From contig CM082577.2 of assembly GCA_040954595.2 (NCBI GenBank), forward strand, positions 7,837,846-7,901,845: a stretch of DNA of 64,000 bases, written 5' to 3'. The stretch is from Balanoglossus misakiensis (lineage: Eukaryota > Animalia > Hemichordata). The translations under genes and the position numbers were made by a program. The notes under the pieces were generated by a model. That model did not search any database. It was not told where the DNA came from and was given only the letters and a program-made list of their open reading frames with translations. Shown piece after piece: positions 39,501 through 53,706 of the stretch (within the stretch, counting starts at the first letter, position 1; each line of letters begins with the position of its first letter).

Positions 39501-42500
39501 CGGGCATGACAGCAACTGAAGATCCTAGTAGGTCGTGGCGACTGCAGTGGGGTTTGCGCTAGTATGGGAGGACATATTCTCCTCAAGGGGGACACCCACG
39601 CGGCGCGACGACCCCTTCCCTTTAATCAGCAGATAGATATAACGTTACTCCATCAGCACAAACCTTCCTGTCAAAGACCGTCTTCATGCTGTCTAAAATA
39701 TTCATGCTGTAATATGTACAAGTGCATGAAATATGCATGAACACTGCAAAAAGATATGTTTCAAAAGGCACACTGCCACACTGTACATTGATGGGAAAAC
39801 ATGTGGAATTAAACTATTACTTACCCAACCACATATGGAATCGGTATCCTTCCATCGGGTAAGGACGGTAAACTAGAAGCCCCGTGGACAATAATTTCAA
39901 TTTCATCTTTACCAGGTCTAGATATATGTGTTCCGTTTAATGCACTGTGATGTTTTGACCCCTGTGGTACTGGTGAGTCTCCAATCTAAAACCAAGGATG
40001 ACAAACGCAATGTCTTAGACATTTTATGATTTCAGGGCAGTCAAATGTAGAAACCTACATTGCAGTACTAAAGCACAGGTAAAAAAGTCAGATTGCAAGC
40101 TGATTGTTATTACCCACGACACAAATTGACTAAAAAGTTTAATGATTTGACTGTCATTACACATCAATATTGACAGCATGTATGATGATGTGTAAAAAGT
40201 TTCTCATACATTCATTTATAGCATTCCATACGTATAAGAATAACCAATCTATGGGACAAAGTTGGTCACTTTTGACAGCATTCATGAGTCATGGCCATGA
40301 GCAGGTTGTGCATTGAGCTGTGGCAACCAGTTATTGAGCATAATTCATTTCATAGGGGCAGAACAACACACATAATCTATCAAAGAATAAATTAACCAAA
40401 ATAATTCGAACGTGTGCGACACTGCCCCATTTATGTAAATAATGAAGACCGATATTAGTCTCTCTTGCAGTTCCATTTTTGTTGTTGAATAATTGATGAC
40501 TGGATTTTCCCTGTTGTAAACATGTTTGTCGTATAAAATTGTATAAAATTTCCAATTCATCATTTATTGTTAGCAATAAAGTATGTACAGGTTGTATGCA
40601 AAATAATCCCATTAACGGCTAAATTGCCCGTCGGCAGCAACTTTCAACCAAACTAAATGCAACAACTTTTTTACACAAAGAACAGAAATGAATGCATATA
40701 TAGTTCCCCTTTTGTGATATAACTAATAAATATTTGAATAGTAAATTAGAATTCTAACCCTGATGACATATACAAGCAAGCAATTAATAAAATGTTAATG
40801 ATTGGTTTGTTAGTTCAAACTAAATGTCATGAAAATAGACTGAGTATAAGCATTTTTTCTATGTGCTGACTCTCAGATATTTTATCATGAATAATTGATA
40901 CTGTGATGAAAATAACTGTTGGCGTAGCATACACCAACCAAATTTATTTGTCACAAAATCTACATTTTGCTATTTTGTATGTGTCCATGCAAGCCATCAG
41001 CCAATCTGACTAGCTCAGCGTAAGTAAGTATCTCTATGGTCAAGTTGATCTGCTACATTGCAACAAATGTATGATTTTATCAGGCAACATTTGTGTGAGC
41101 TGAATAAACTAAACGTTTTACTGTAAGCTACAATACATGTACCTTGGCACACAGAAAGTAAATTTCCCCAGATACCACATACATGATACATTGTACATGC
41201 ATGAATGGTTTTGGAACTTAATGCACACCTGTTGTAATTGCCTTCATTACTTGATTACTTAATTGAATTTTTTCCATGTGTAATTGGATTTGATCTAATT
41301 CGGTATATGCAAATTCTCTGCAATTTCAACAAAAATGGCAAGTTTCTGTATCCAGCCTGAGGATTAACATGTCCGTAATCTTCAAGTTCCAGCCCATACT
41401 CCTCAACCCCCCCCCCCCCCCCCCCATGGCTACAACGGCCTCGATACTGCACTGTTAATTTTGCGCAATATGCAACCTAGCAAATAAAAATACTTGCATT
41501 TTAATATGGACATGACTCCAACAATAAGACACCACAGTCTATCGCTGAAAGTGTCTATAATCGTCACAATGGACTCCAGTGTAAGTTGATCAACGTATTC
41601 AAGTATAACAAAGTAAATTTGAAGGCAAAATGTATTAAAACCATATCTATATTCAATGGAAAATAAAATTCCTGCAGCAGCTGACAGCTTTCTCAGTGAA
41701 AGTAAATTGCGTACATGTGAGTGAACAATGAAGTTAACATTTTCTTTTGAAATTTCATCTCAAAGGTTTGGGATATTATTAAATCTCACGTAAAGTTTAT
41801 AACCGAAGCAAAGTCAATCCACATTGTCAGAACTGACTACATACAGTTGTACATTTCATGCTGTGAAATTTGCATTTTACAGACTCACTCTATGGAGAAA
41901 AATTACAGAAGTTATTTTTATGAAAAAAGATGGTCAACACCATGTTTTCTTCTCTGTTTTCAAAAAAGACCCCTCACACACTTTAATATAGCAAAGAATT
42001 GAAAGGTTTGGAAGACTTTCATATTTCTGAAAATCTGTCCCCAAGAGCACTAAAAAGAAAACCAATGGCAGTTCATGCAAAAATCACCCACATGAAATCA
42101 GAGGTCAGGGTTCACAGATCAGGGGTGAGTAAATTCACTATTGCCCAGCATGGTTTCGCTCTGACTTGCAAGACAGACTGGACATTCATTTGGTTTTAAC
42201 CCTGACACTGAATTTGGTGAGCGAGTGGAAACTGAGGCTGGGCTATACTAATAGCGATCTTTTTTTGTAAACATCTTAAAAGGATTTGCTGGCCCCTGAA
42301 GGTGTGAAAAACTCACTTCAGACCACTGGCCATTGACTGCCCAGTAACCTGTGATATGCATAGCAACAGCATGGATTACATAGTGTTACTGGTGTTGCCA
42401 TGGTGATACAAAATGGCAGCTCTGCATAGATTGGTTGGGACATGGGGCCGGGGAGGGGGATTAGGCTAGATCATACATGTGTCACAGTTGTGGCACATGG

Positions 42501-45500
42501 AGAGAGGATTGTTTTTTATTCTCCATGTTAAAACAAGAACCACTGTTGGTTAGTATATTTTGTGTCAATTGCAGACTGTCCATTTAGCTTAATTACCAAA
42601 CTGCTATAGGCGCTGTCCTGAGGTTTATTAATAATAAGCCATCTACTCACAAAGTGTAAGTTTCAGTTTCATGATTTTACTTTTGTGCATATTCCAGCAA
42701 ACTTATGGAAATGAGACTACATGTAATAAAAAGCACAATATAACATTAACAAATTCAAAAGCTAAGCACAAATATTGCAATTTAAAACAATTTCCTTTGC
42801 AAGACAATTAAATTACTTTCTGTTCACTTTCTGGTTGTTTCAATAAAATAATATAGAATCAATCATATAAAAAAATTTAAATTTTGTCTATTTCTACGTA
42901 AGTTTGAACTGGTGCATGTGTACATTGGATGTGTTTGGTATGCTAATATACCTTGGGGACAAAGTTCACCAGTTGATGACATTTCCAAAACATGGCTGCC
43001 AAAACACTGTGATTACATATTGGAGTAATGTCAATGACCACACTAACAACATCTCTTTTGGGTTTTTTTAACACATCATAAGAGAAAATGAAAGTAGTAT
43101 AATTCTCCTCATTACTTAAATTAAGATGATTGGTTCATGGTAAATATAATCGCTTGACAAACCTCATGATCTTTCTGTTGACTCTTTGGTGTTTGTGGTT
43201 CTACTTGAGAAGTGCGCGAAACAGGTTGACTTGTCTGAGTTGGTGGCCGTGAACCGCTGCGTGATCCTGCTTGGGAGATTGGCTGCTCTGCACTAGCAGC
43301 TCTACCAACAGGTTCTGCTCCCGGTGCTGTCTGCTTTCCTCCCATGCCAGTCGATTGTGAGCCGCGGTCTTTGGGTTGCGTCGACCCACGCCGGCTTGAT
43401 GACTGAGCTGGCGGCTGAGAACCTCCTCCTCCAGTACCACCCTGCTGATGCGAACCGCTCCTAGATTGCGCCGACCGACCCCCCTCCGTTTGGGGTTTAT
43501 CTCCGCCTGGGTCCATTTTAGATTACGCCGGTGTTTCCAAATCAAAAGTTTTGGGTTGTGATGGTAATGTGTTCATGTACTTCCGCGGTGCCAATAAGAC
43601 CCAAAGGGTATATCGATCACAATAAAACCTGGCTGATATGACTTCTGACATCCAACGATCAAAGCTCAGGTGTATATCATATGACGCATGCTTTGGTCAC
43701 TGAGTAGACTCCGAAGCAACAGTGCCTGTCACTGTCATCGTGTACACTACTAGCAGATCACCGACAAACAGGCTGCTTATATAGAACTGAGTTTGACTTG
43801 ATGACCAAATAGCCCATCGGCATTTTCCCAATGCAATAATCTTTTCATTTGAACGGGTAAACACAAAGGGTCAGGCGCTTTCAAAAAGGTGGGTGACATC
43901 GCTCTTAGGTTTAACCCCTCATTGTCTTATACACTGTATAGCATAGCTATTGTCAACTCTGAAATGTGTCATTGGTAAGACCACAACAGGTGTATAATAA
44001 CTAAAAGACATCAGGTCACATTCAGTGTTTGAGCTGAGATGCATTTACTTCACTGATCGTGGCCACTGAAGGACTAAGTAATTTGGCTGAGATTCACTTC
44101 TTTGTTGTGTGTGGCGGATGGCAACAGGCAAACTCAAGGCATGTACTTCACTATTTACAACTCTATAGTTAGTGTATTTTACAGAAAAATTTGTTTAAAA
44201 TTTATGATTCATTTTCCATTGTTCCAGTTGTTTTTATTGAGCCTCTGATTTAAAGGGATAAAACAAATCCAATGCTTACACCTTCGTACAGAGGGAATAT
44301 AGGCTTTAATATTGTGAATTTGTTGTGCTTTTTGTGTATTGACCGTGCTGAGACACAAATTGTAATCACTCCGGCGCAAAATTGATCTGTTAACCTTCAA
44401 CATGTATATTTTTCACTCAAATTGTGGCAAGGGGCACAATCTGTCCTTGCTATGTCGTCCTAGATAAAACGATACTGCTTATTAAGTGCTTTTATGTGGA
44501 TAGTGTACAGTAGGTAAATACCATCCTGAATGTACAAGTCTATCACAGCCTCTTGTCCTGTATCTGTATGACAAACACTCAATTCCATCAAGCCTGTAAT
44601 GCTTTTCTCCGCTAATCTAAGAAAATTTCAAGTGTTAGTCAAATGACCAGAACCGGTAGTGAACGTATGAAAAAGACAACAGTAACCTGTCACCATGACA
44701 ACGGTTTGGGTTTGCCTTCACTGAAATTCAGAATTCACAATATTTTTACCATTTCTTTCAAAATGCCGCATTGAAGCTGTAAGAATTCTCTGGTTCATTC
44801 TTTGTTCATAGACTCTGCTCCAGGGTGAGTTGTGTCATGCACTCAGTTTGCAATCGTATTTTTCAAACCTGTTTCAAACAGCGAACTGCAATATGACGTA
44901 TACTCCAGCAGGCAAACTCATACTACTGGTGCCATTTTACAAGGCTTTCTGTCCTCTTTTTTCAAGGAGTTTGTCAAAGACCAACTTTCATACCATGTTG
45001 TGGAAAAAGGATTAGCTTATTTACACTCTGTCAACAAGATCGTGTTAAAGGTATACAGTCACCTCCAATTTACATACGCGCATATATAGCAGAAATGGCA
45101 TATTTGAGCATTCTAAGGAACATATATGGTGGCGCTCTTTTTTTCACGTGTGCCACCCACTGAAAAACTGTGATTGGCTAGATCTCAATTTGCCATGGCA
45201 ACTGTAGCTATATTTGCATAGGTGACCGTATACCTTGAATATGGATTCATCCACAAATACTTACTCTCTCTCCTGGTCCCGGGGGTGGCGTTGGCGATGG
45301 AATGATGAGCCTGGGATCGTCCGGTACCTGCTTGATCGGCCTGAGAGGTGGGGGAGACGTTTTCTTCGGAGGTGGCGTGTGTTGCGGCGAGGGCTTCGGC
45401 GTGGGTTCTTTGGGTGGTGGGGTGGGAATCTTGGGTGGTGGTGGTGGGGTTGGTTGTTTTGGTGGCACTGGTGTGGGTTCCGGGGACGGTGGCGCCGGTG

Positions 45501-45878
45501 ACTGGCCTGGTAGGTTGCCCTCCTTCAGTGTCGCCGTGTACTTCAGCCGGCCGCAGTGCATAGTGATCGGCTCCTTCTCCAGCGTGCGGAAGATTGTCAT
45601 GATGCCGCTGAAGTGGTAGTAGTCCTCGCCTTTCTTGGCGTAGAGGTTGATCTTGGGCTCGTTGGGGCGCGGGTAAATGGCATACTTGCCCTCGCCGGCC
45701 GGCTGGAACTCTCCCGTGCCGCCGTCATCGTCGTCCAGTTTGTAGGCTTCCACGATGAGCACCACGTCGTGATTCGGGTCGTTCTTACAGAAGCCTGTGG
45801 AAGTAGATAAAAGAATACTAGGCATTGGTTCACTGAGAATTCACTTTGACAGAAGTTAGTTTATTATATCATGTGTTG

Positions 45879-45936
<58 letters not shown>

Positions 45937-45985
45937 GTGATGGTGATGATGATGACTATGATGATGATATTTCATGTGTTGTTCC

Positions 45986-46023
<38 letters not shown>

Positions 46024-46420
46024 ATGTCATGTGTTGTTCCATGATGATGATGATGAATTGATGATGACATCTAGCTTTCTTTATTGCCAGATCTTTGTAT
46101 GTCATATGAGGCTCGACACACTGCCTGAAAATAACTCAGTCACACTTACCTTTTGGAAGATTGAATATAAATTTGTTGGTTTTGAAAGTGTAGAGCATCT
46201 CCTTATCCTCTTGCGTAATCTCGTCTGTGTTGGCCGTGAAGTCAGTGATGATGTCAGAACCTTCATCGTTATATCTGACAGTAACGCCACCCATGTTCAC
46301 ATTCTCGCCAGTTGAGTTGTCAATGGTCAGCTTCAGGTAATACTTTCCATTGTGATTAAAGGTAACATCGTTGATATCAAACACAAAATCAAGAGCCTTT
46401 GTCTCTATTTTGATAGCCAT
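27530..46420 (-). CDS. CCDC33: Coiled-coil domain-containing protein 33 orthologue (C2-like domains plus C-terminal coiled coil)
   Basis: About 19 exons, including 46150-46420 (KALDFVFDINDVTFNHNGKYYLKLT), 45265-45794, 39825-39985 (IIVHGASSLP), 39144-39277, 38789-38898 (PFHQYHLEL), 37619-37815 (LIAVARVVPDY), approx. 29691-29945 (ELDNYRDAMKRMGKDILRLR), approx. 28895-29105 (EQEKVIDKLEKLL), 27891-28013 (LESNARRWGKEK), 27530-27583 (stop). Motifs match vertebrate CCDC33 as I recall it; some internal boundaries are approximate. Confidence 0.85.
27670..27851. mobile_element. Tc1/mariner-like MITE in the last CCDC33 intron
   Basis: Imperfect terminal inverted repeats AGTAAAACCT(AGT)GTCTAAACC and GGTTTAGACAGGTTTTACTG followed by TA; internal repeats of ACCTGTCTAxACC. 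Confidence 0.65.
43163..43516 (-). CDS. Putative alternative first coding exon of CCDC33 (S/Q/G/P-rich, 118 aa)
   Basis: ATG-initiated ORF inside the large intron, ending at a phase-0 GT donor that matches the phase of the downstream exon at 39985. Confidence 0.6.
45881..46067. repeat. (GAT)n microsatellite cluster with repeated CATGTGTTGTT spacers, intronic
   Basis: Three GAT arrays, each preceded by CATGTGTTGTT; this explains the poly-Met ORF. Confidence 0.95.
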
Positions 46421-49192
46421 TGTGTTTATCTCCCCTCTTTTTCAAAATCCAGGGGCGGTATCTGTCATCAACTCGGCAAAAGTCTGTCTCTACTTCTGGT
46501 GTCGGCCTGAGACTAGCACAGCAACCCAAGCGCGTTGAGAGCCTACAAGGGTTACCACCAGATAACCCCGACGTGACCTTTTAATGCATAAGAAAATACA
46601 GACTCTGGTTGTTAGGTAAACTCAATTGGAACGTAATTTTTGATTGATTTAGTTTACTAAACATTATCTTCTTCTAATGGCTAGTAGCACACCCGCTTGC
46701 ATATTTTGTCAGAGTCTAAAATAATTGAGCTAACTAATTGCTGATTCGAAGCAGTCGTGTACCGTTCCATTTTTATATCCGATGGCCACTGCTTGTGGCG
46801 ATGGCAGGTGACTTCAAGTTCAAGAAAGAATTCAAGCCTTCTAAAATCGATCCGGCCAATATACAATACATGTTGGATTAGAACATGAAAGCCTATTGAC
46901 AAACGAATCACAGCCAAACATTAAATCAGGCGTTAACAACGCCGTTGTTAACCTCTACAATGTAAAAAGCGGTTCGCCGCTATATATTGTGTGTCGGTTC
47001 GTTCAGGAAAGGTTGTAAGGGTCAGGAGAGATTTATCTTTTTCTCAATAAAAATATGTACAATCATCAAGTTCTTTGTTATTTCTAAGACCTGCTTAATA
47101 AATAAAGTGAAGAGAAGGCCTGAATTAATTATGTACGTTCGGCAAATCCGGGTACGCGATTATAGCATTAGTAACAGTACGTGTAGTACAGTAACTTTCC
47201 TCAAGTTTACCGGACCGTTATATTATAATGACGATCGATCGTTTCTTACAAAGTGCCACGACAGTTTACACACCTGATACACTCATGCCCAGTATTCCTC
47301 GGTGATGTGTTTTCTTTGCCCTTATATCGATATCGCGCGAAGAAGCGTTTTATCCATGTCTATCAATGCGCATTCCTTTTCTTCTATACTGTTGGCTAGG
47401 TTTTGTGTTGCTTTGTTTACACAGCAGCGAGCCAACATGGCGGATAATTTATGCTAAATAGGTCGTTTGACGACCGAGGTTATTCCAGGTCAACCAATGT
47501 CCACGTCCAGTCTGTGCTTCATTCACGCGTTAGGTTTTTTTTACAGGTGTCAATCAGTGAGGCAACTTTACCTGCGGGGAGTGAACACTAACACTATGGG
47601 GACCAGTCGTTTTTAAGGGAGGTAGATGTGGGGGCACTTTTTTTTCATCTGAGGGGCCAATTTAAGTGTGACCCCCTCCAGCTCTTCTCTATTACTATGG
47701 TGACCCTTTTGCAATGATGAGGCGGGGGGGGGGGGGGGGGATTGACGCTTGACGGGACCGCAGTCTACGAAAGTCCCAAACTTTCCAAACAAGCTGAAGT
47801 TAAACTGCAAAATTCCCTCTTATCGCGATATTTTTGAATGAGTGGCTCATAGCTAAAGCCTAAAGGGAGATAACACATCGATTAGACTCTTACTCTATTC
47901 CATTATATTCTATTCGAACTACCGAAATTGAATAAGGCGCTGAGACTAATGGCGATATAATTTGTGCATTGCAAAATATCTACTCCAGTAATACAGTTGA
48001 GCTGAACAAATCTGAGTGTCACAAATTAAGGCTAATGGACCTATTTGGATTGAGACACAAAGACACCGTGGAAATATAATAATGTTATCAAAAGAGTTTC
48101 TGGTGGTGATATCGACAAAATTATTTTAATACTCAATATGGATACAAAGACTACACAAGCTCACACACAGACACGTATAGGTCAATTTGCAGAAGTATAC
48201 ACGAAAGGTGATGTACCTATTGGTATAAGCTGGGATTATACAGTTGCCGGTATGTGAGCCCCAAAGCCCGTTCAAGCGGCATGTTCTATAACAACCGTAC
48301 CCCAAACCCCACCGACACACATGCACACAAACGACTAACAAACGCACTGATCAGGCAACACGATCTTTGTCTAACACTTACCTGGTGTGGTCATGATCTC
48401 CATTTGCAAAACAAAAAACTAATATATATATATACAAATCGACAGTAAAAGCGTAAAGAAAAGGGGACAAAATGCGAATCTTTAGGCACGCCGAGAACCA
48501 ATAGTGAAACCAGGACTGAAATATTTGGGACATCGATTTTTGAAGGAAAATCAATAATCGTTTGTTGGGATTAATTGCTATTTTGTCCTCAACTATCTCC
48601 CATGCAATATTTTTTTAGCATCAAATGTATACATGTAGGCTACTTCTAAAGTAACCGAAGAATGGACGCTCTAGAAGAAGTACTTGGACAAATATAAGGC
48701 AGAATACGTCATTGGACGAATTAATGCAAGCTTCATATAGCTCGATTATCGAATGATGTAAGTCTATTCATCGTGTATATAGAGAGAAGACTGAACAGTG
48801 TGTCGATGCAAGAGTTGTTTACATGTATCTTCAGAAACTTGCATGATAAAATGCATGATTAAACGTGGGATGCATTTCCTGGGGGCAGACGTGGGTTTTT
48901 CTTATTTTGTAGAAATAGCATGTGTGGATGTGATTGGCTGTCAATTGTTATTCTATCGACGGTTCACACAAAACGGACCCCAATAAGTACCGTAACAAGA
49001 GACTTTGCAAATAAAAACGAACTAGTCCTGACTACTTCGGTCGCGAAGCAACACAACGTTCAATCAGCGCGTTTGTTTGTAGAAAGCGCTCTGAAGTATC
49101 TTGCGAGGACAGTCTGAACATTTCCTTGCCACGATTCCATTTGCAGACCGATCTCCATCCATCACGAAGAGTGTGTAATTCACGCATGGAAC

Positions 49193-51593
49193 ATGGGTTA
49201 TAACATAAGAAAAGCTGCATTGTACATTCCCTTCTATCTTGGTCTGGTGGTTGGTATCCATGCAGGTACGTAGGAGCAGCGTTTTCGTGCATTAGTCTTT
49301 AGTCATTAGCGGTTCAACTCACCTGTTGCAGTTAGCATTTACTGAGTAGAACGGACCTCGTCAGACACACACCAAATCACCGAACGATACATGTATTTAT
49401 TTGGCCAATGCAGAGGCTGAGCTGAGGATATATGTGCCCGCAGTGGTAAACCTAGTTTCTCCCACTGATATGTAGAAAACTTCTGCTGTTTTCAAGATGC
49501 GGTTATGGTCAAAATTTGTTAGGCCCAAGCGTGCTGATATCATTATAATTTTGCGTGAGGCTTTAATATTTTCAAAGCTACTAAGAAAATCTGTTAATGA
49601 CGGAGTTTGAAATACTTCGATGTCAGACTGTCTTCAGAGTGAACTTTCTCTAATATGTTATTTTTCATTTTCATGAAATTACATGTATCTAGTCAAGTTT
49701 ATATGTTATGGCAAGAAAAAAAACGCTACTAAAGATTCCAGTGACAATGATATCGGTTGCACACTTTAATACGTTTAACAACAACTTTTCATTATGATTT
49801 TTGTAGAATGCAACACCACAGCTGGCTTCATCGCCGGGCCTAATGGAAATGGCTGTTATTTATTTCTGGACATCTCTTTAACATGGCCAGAGAGCAGGAT
49901 TCATTGTCAACAATACGGGGCAGACTTGATAGACGTCATTGACATGGAAGAAAATGTGTTTATGAATACAAAGTTACATGAATATTCCATGTAAGTATAT
50001 GATAAGAGGTACAGTATAGGAAACGTTGGTTTTTTAATAAAGAGCATTCAGAAGACAGGAACTGGGGAACGTCAAGCATATTTTACACCATGATAAGAAT
50101 TACTTGCATACAGTCTCATCTGTTTAATAACCATAAAGTCCGCAATAAAACGAGATGAATTACAAGTGACACAGTGACTCTTTTTCAATCGCCATGAAAG
50201 GTCAGTCCTGTTGTAATTTTCTGAATCCCAGATGCCCTTTGCAGAGAAATAAGTATGAGCAATTAAAGTCTTGAGTTATAAAATGATGAGATGCTTTAAT
50301 ACTATGCTTACTGGTTTGTAAAATATTGGTGATATTATTATTCTCGGTTGTCCTATACCTGTCAAAACAGGTCTGAGTATAGGCGGTATTCGCCCATGCA
50401 CATGAAAATGGGCATTAACCAATATTCGGGCGTTTTAGGGTATAGAAACATTTTTATTGTAATACTGCCGACGGATATGTCTTGAATGGTTTCATTCTCC
50501 TTAGCTGCATGCAATAATTGTAGCCTTGGTATAGGCTGGTTGGCTGGCGATCCAGCCATCAAACCAGCCCATATAGGCCTAGGCTACAATTATTGCAGCT
50601 GCATTCTACTATGAGATCCTACAGTGTAGTCTTAATTATTCAAGCAGGGACTATGGCAGTGGCATGTATCATTGTTACCGTCAGTTAAATTACTATTATT
50701 TCACTATGAATTTGGCAAACAGATCCGATGCATGGATTGGGCAGAGTGACCATCAAACGGAAGGGCAGTTTGAATACTTGACTGAAACGTCTCGGCCGAT
50801 GTTTACGAACTGGAAAAGTGGCCAACCGGATGGCGACATCGACGAAAATTGCATTCTGATGAAGAAATCAGAAGACGGAGTGTGGCAAGACAAGCCATGT
50901 GACAACAACTATAAAATAGTGTGTGAAATTCCGGGTAGGTATACGGCCAGTTAATCTTGATAATGATGTCATGATAACTTAGGCCTACTTGTTGCGTGGC
51001 CATGTTAATCTCATCAACGTTCGCGATTACAGTTACTGTTGCAATTCTCATACTGGCACTTTTCCAATTTGCTCTCCATTTTTTTGGAGAAAAGCGAGTC
51101 GTACGTAAAAATGTATTGTATTTCACAAGTTGATTTGCAATAATTGCAATTTCTCTCAACAGGTGTCCACACAACGGTTGCACCCTCGACAATCAAAACA
51201 ACGGTTGCCCCCTCGACAGTCCAAACAACGGTTGCTCCCACGACAATCAAAACAACCACTGCATCGACGACCGTGGCAACAACTAAGTCAGCTACAACAG
51301 CTGCTGCTACAACCACCCGTCCATCGGCATATCGACGATGGAAATACTTCACGCAGACGCGGGAAGATTCAGCCCTGCCAGCAGCAGCCCCGTTATTGAA
51401 TCAAGTTCTCACAAAATCCGCCATTGAGTGCGCTCAAAATTGCCTCACCAATATGCAGGACTGTGTCGGGTTTACATATGACAGGAACGTTGGCACTGAT
51501 GGCATGCATTTCTGCAAATTGTACACCGACGTGTTTGATGAGTATTCCGTAGTCACTCACACAGGCGTGGACCTGTATCAATCTTTCCAATAG
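49193..51593 (+). CDS. Secreted C-type lectin (QPD type) with Thr-rich mucin linker and PAN/apple-like domain, about 299 aa
   Basis: Exons 49193-49265 (signal peptide MGYNIRKAALYIPFYLGLVVGIHA), 49807-49990 (CYLF..TWPESRIHCQQYGADL), 50723-50934 (WIG..NWKSGQPD..ENC..WQDKPC..VCE), 51163-51593 (T-rich repeats, SAIECAQNC..CVGFTY..CKLY). Confidence 0.88.
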
Positions 51594-53706
51594 GGCTTCT
51601 TCATGCACTACTTAAGAAGAGTTTGCGGGGATACCTTTCAGTAAAATGCTATAATTTTTGATGTAATTATCCAAAATTAATAGCGGTTTTTGCGACATTT
51701 GTCGTCGATATTATTCATTCAAGCCTGAAACGCGAAATGCCGCCTGTAATCTGGGTGCATGAGTGGCACAATCTCGCGCGAATGATAGAATTTGAAGATG
51801 GCTGATTTCTGTCATATTTAACAAATTGACATGGATCTTCTATGGTCTTGTAATTAAAATTAACAGATCAAATATTCCACGACGGAGTCGATTGAGACAA
51901 AAACTGGACACATAATTGGAAATAAAGTGATTCCTACCGAAAGAGTAGACTAGCCCACTGGTAGCATGGTGATTTATTGTCTTTATAAAGATTCTTGATA
52001 TTCGGTTGTTCGACGTCTTGTAATTCTACTCATTACTTCTCGTGTGTGTGTTTGTTTTGAGATAGGTTTGGTACTAACTATTAAGCTGAGTTTCGAATTC
52101 GGGGCTGAGCTGATGGTATGGGCCTATGCGTTCACTCTCGCTATACGAGTTCACTCCACACACGATATATAGAGAAACTCGGAACAAAATTTTCTTAAAT
52201 GTTTTTACAGTTATGAAAATAAATAAAGCCCATAAACCTGAAGCAAGTCTACCAATAGAACGTAGAAAATCGTGTTCTCTTTTAGTCTAACCGATTTCTT
52301 TGACTTCTTTGCAAAAAGCTTCGACAGCGTCCATATCATATTAAACTTGAAGTTCCGGTTTTAGTATTTTAAAATCTTGCCATAATATCTGTTTAATGAT
52401 AATAAGGCATGTGGCAAAAGGAGACGAAAGACAAATACATAAAGCAGCGTCCTGCAAGACTTATTTGTCCTAGCTTCCAATGGTGCTTGTACAACAAACA
52501 ATCATACCAGTATTAAAATGCCGCAAATAAAAATATTTCAGTCGACGATATTAGTGTCAGCATGTAACCCAACACTAAAATGATATTATATACCAGTGTT
52601 GGTCTGGTCGTCTGTGCGGGGAGGGACAATATTCGCTATTCATATACCTGTATGGGTTGTATCAAATGAAAGAACCATCATATAATATACCAGTCCCGTT
52701 TTCATAGGCTGTCATTATTGACAAAACGCCGTTCAAGAGGAATTTAAACTTCTCTAGACAAAGCAGACTATAGAGAAAGCAACAGGAGAAACATGAGTAC
52801 AGCTTCACCAAGACGACGTCGGTCGCCAAGCAACGCCACGTGCTCAATGTAACATTTTACTGAGATTTTTATGTCTTTTCAATTCCATACATTGCGTATT
52901 TTGTACCCATCAAATATTGTTCCAAGAAATGAGGTGAGTGTTTAAACGAAGCTAGAATGCACTAGGCAATACAATGACAACAACGACATTAAAAATACCG
53001 CTAGCAATTATCACAGAAACACGGAAAAATATAAATTTTCATTGGAATCAATATTGTTCAGGTACAAAGGAGGTAACAGTTTTTCATGGAAATTATGCAC
53101 TACCCGCATGCCAGAAATTTCATATTAGTGGTTTACGTAAACATGCACATTGAAAGAGAGGAATATGATTTTATTGCTTTCAAATTCATCGGATTTCATT
53201 TTTGTCACATCCATAATTTACACAACATAATATATAACATGCAATGACTGCCAAGTTTCGTCCGTAGTGTTCTGGATTATCGCACCTATAGGTCTTATTT
53301 GTAAGAATACATTACTATTCTTGCGTATTGACATATGACAGGTGCCATACGTAGGACGGGATATGGTTAATTTGAGACACCTGACATATCAGACTACTTT
53401 GGGCATTAAACCAATAGATTGAACACGAAGGGCACCGCTTCGTTGGTTCTCATGCTAACCTAATTGACACGACATTGACTGGAAAAGGTAATTGTGGTCG
53501 GCGAGTGGAACACGATCCGAAAACACTTACGCCCCCTCCCCTTTCTCATTGGTTGCCCGGCAACAGTGCGTTATCATATTTCTGCTCCCAACTCGTAGTA
53601 GTTTCATTCAATCGTTTGCATCGCTTGAGTTCACTTGATTTGGAACTCATTGTGTTCACAAAAGGAGAGTCATTTATCATCTCGAAACTCCTTTCACTAA
53701 TTAACC

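Noticed and set aside
45974-46315. Poly-Met ORF on +
   Set aside because: (GAT)n repeat plus antisense of CCDC33 exon 1.
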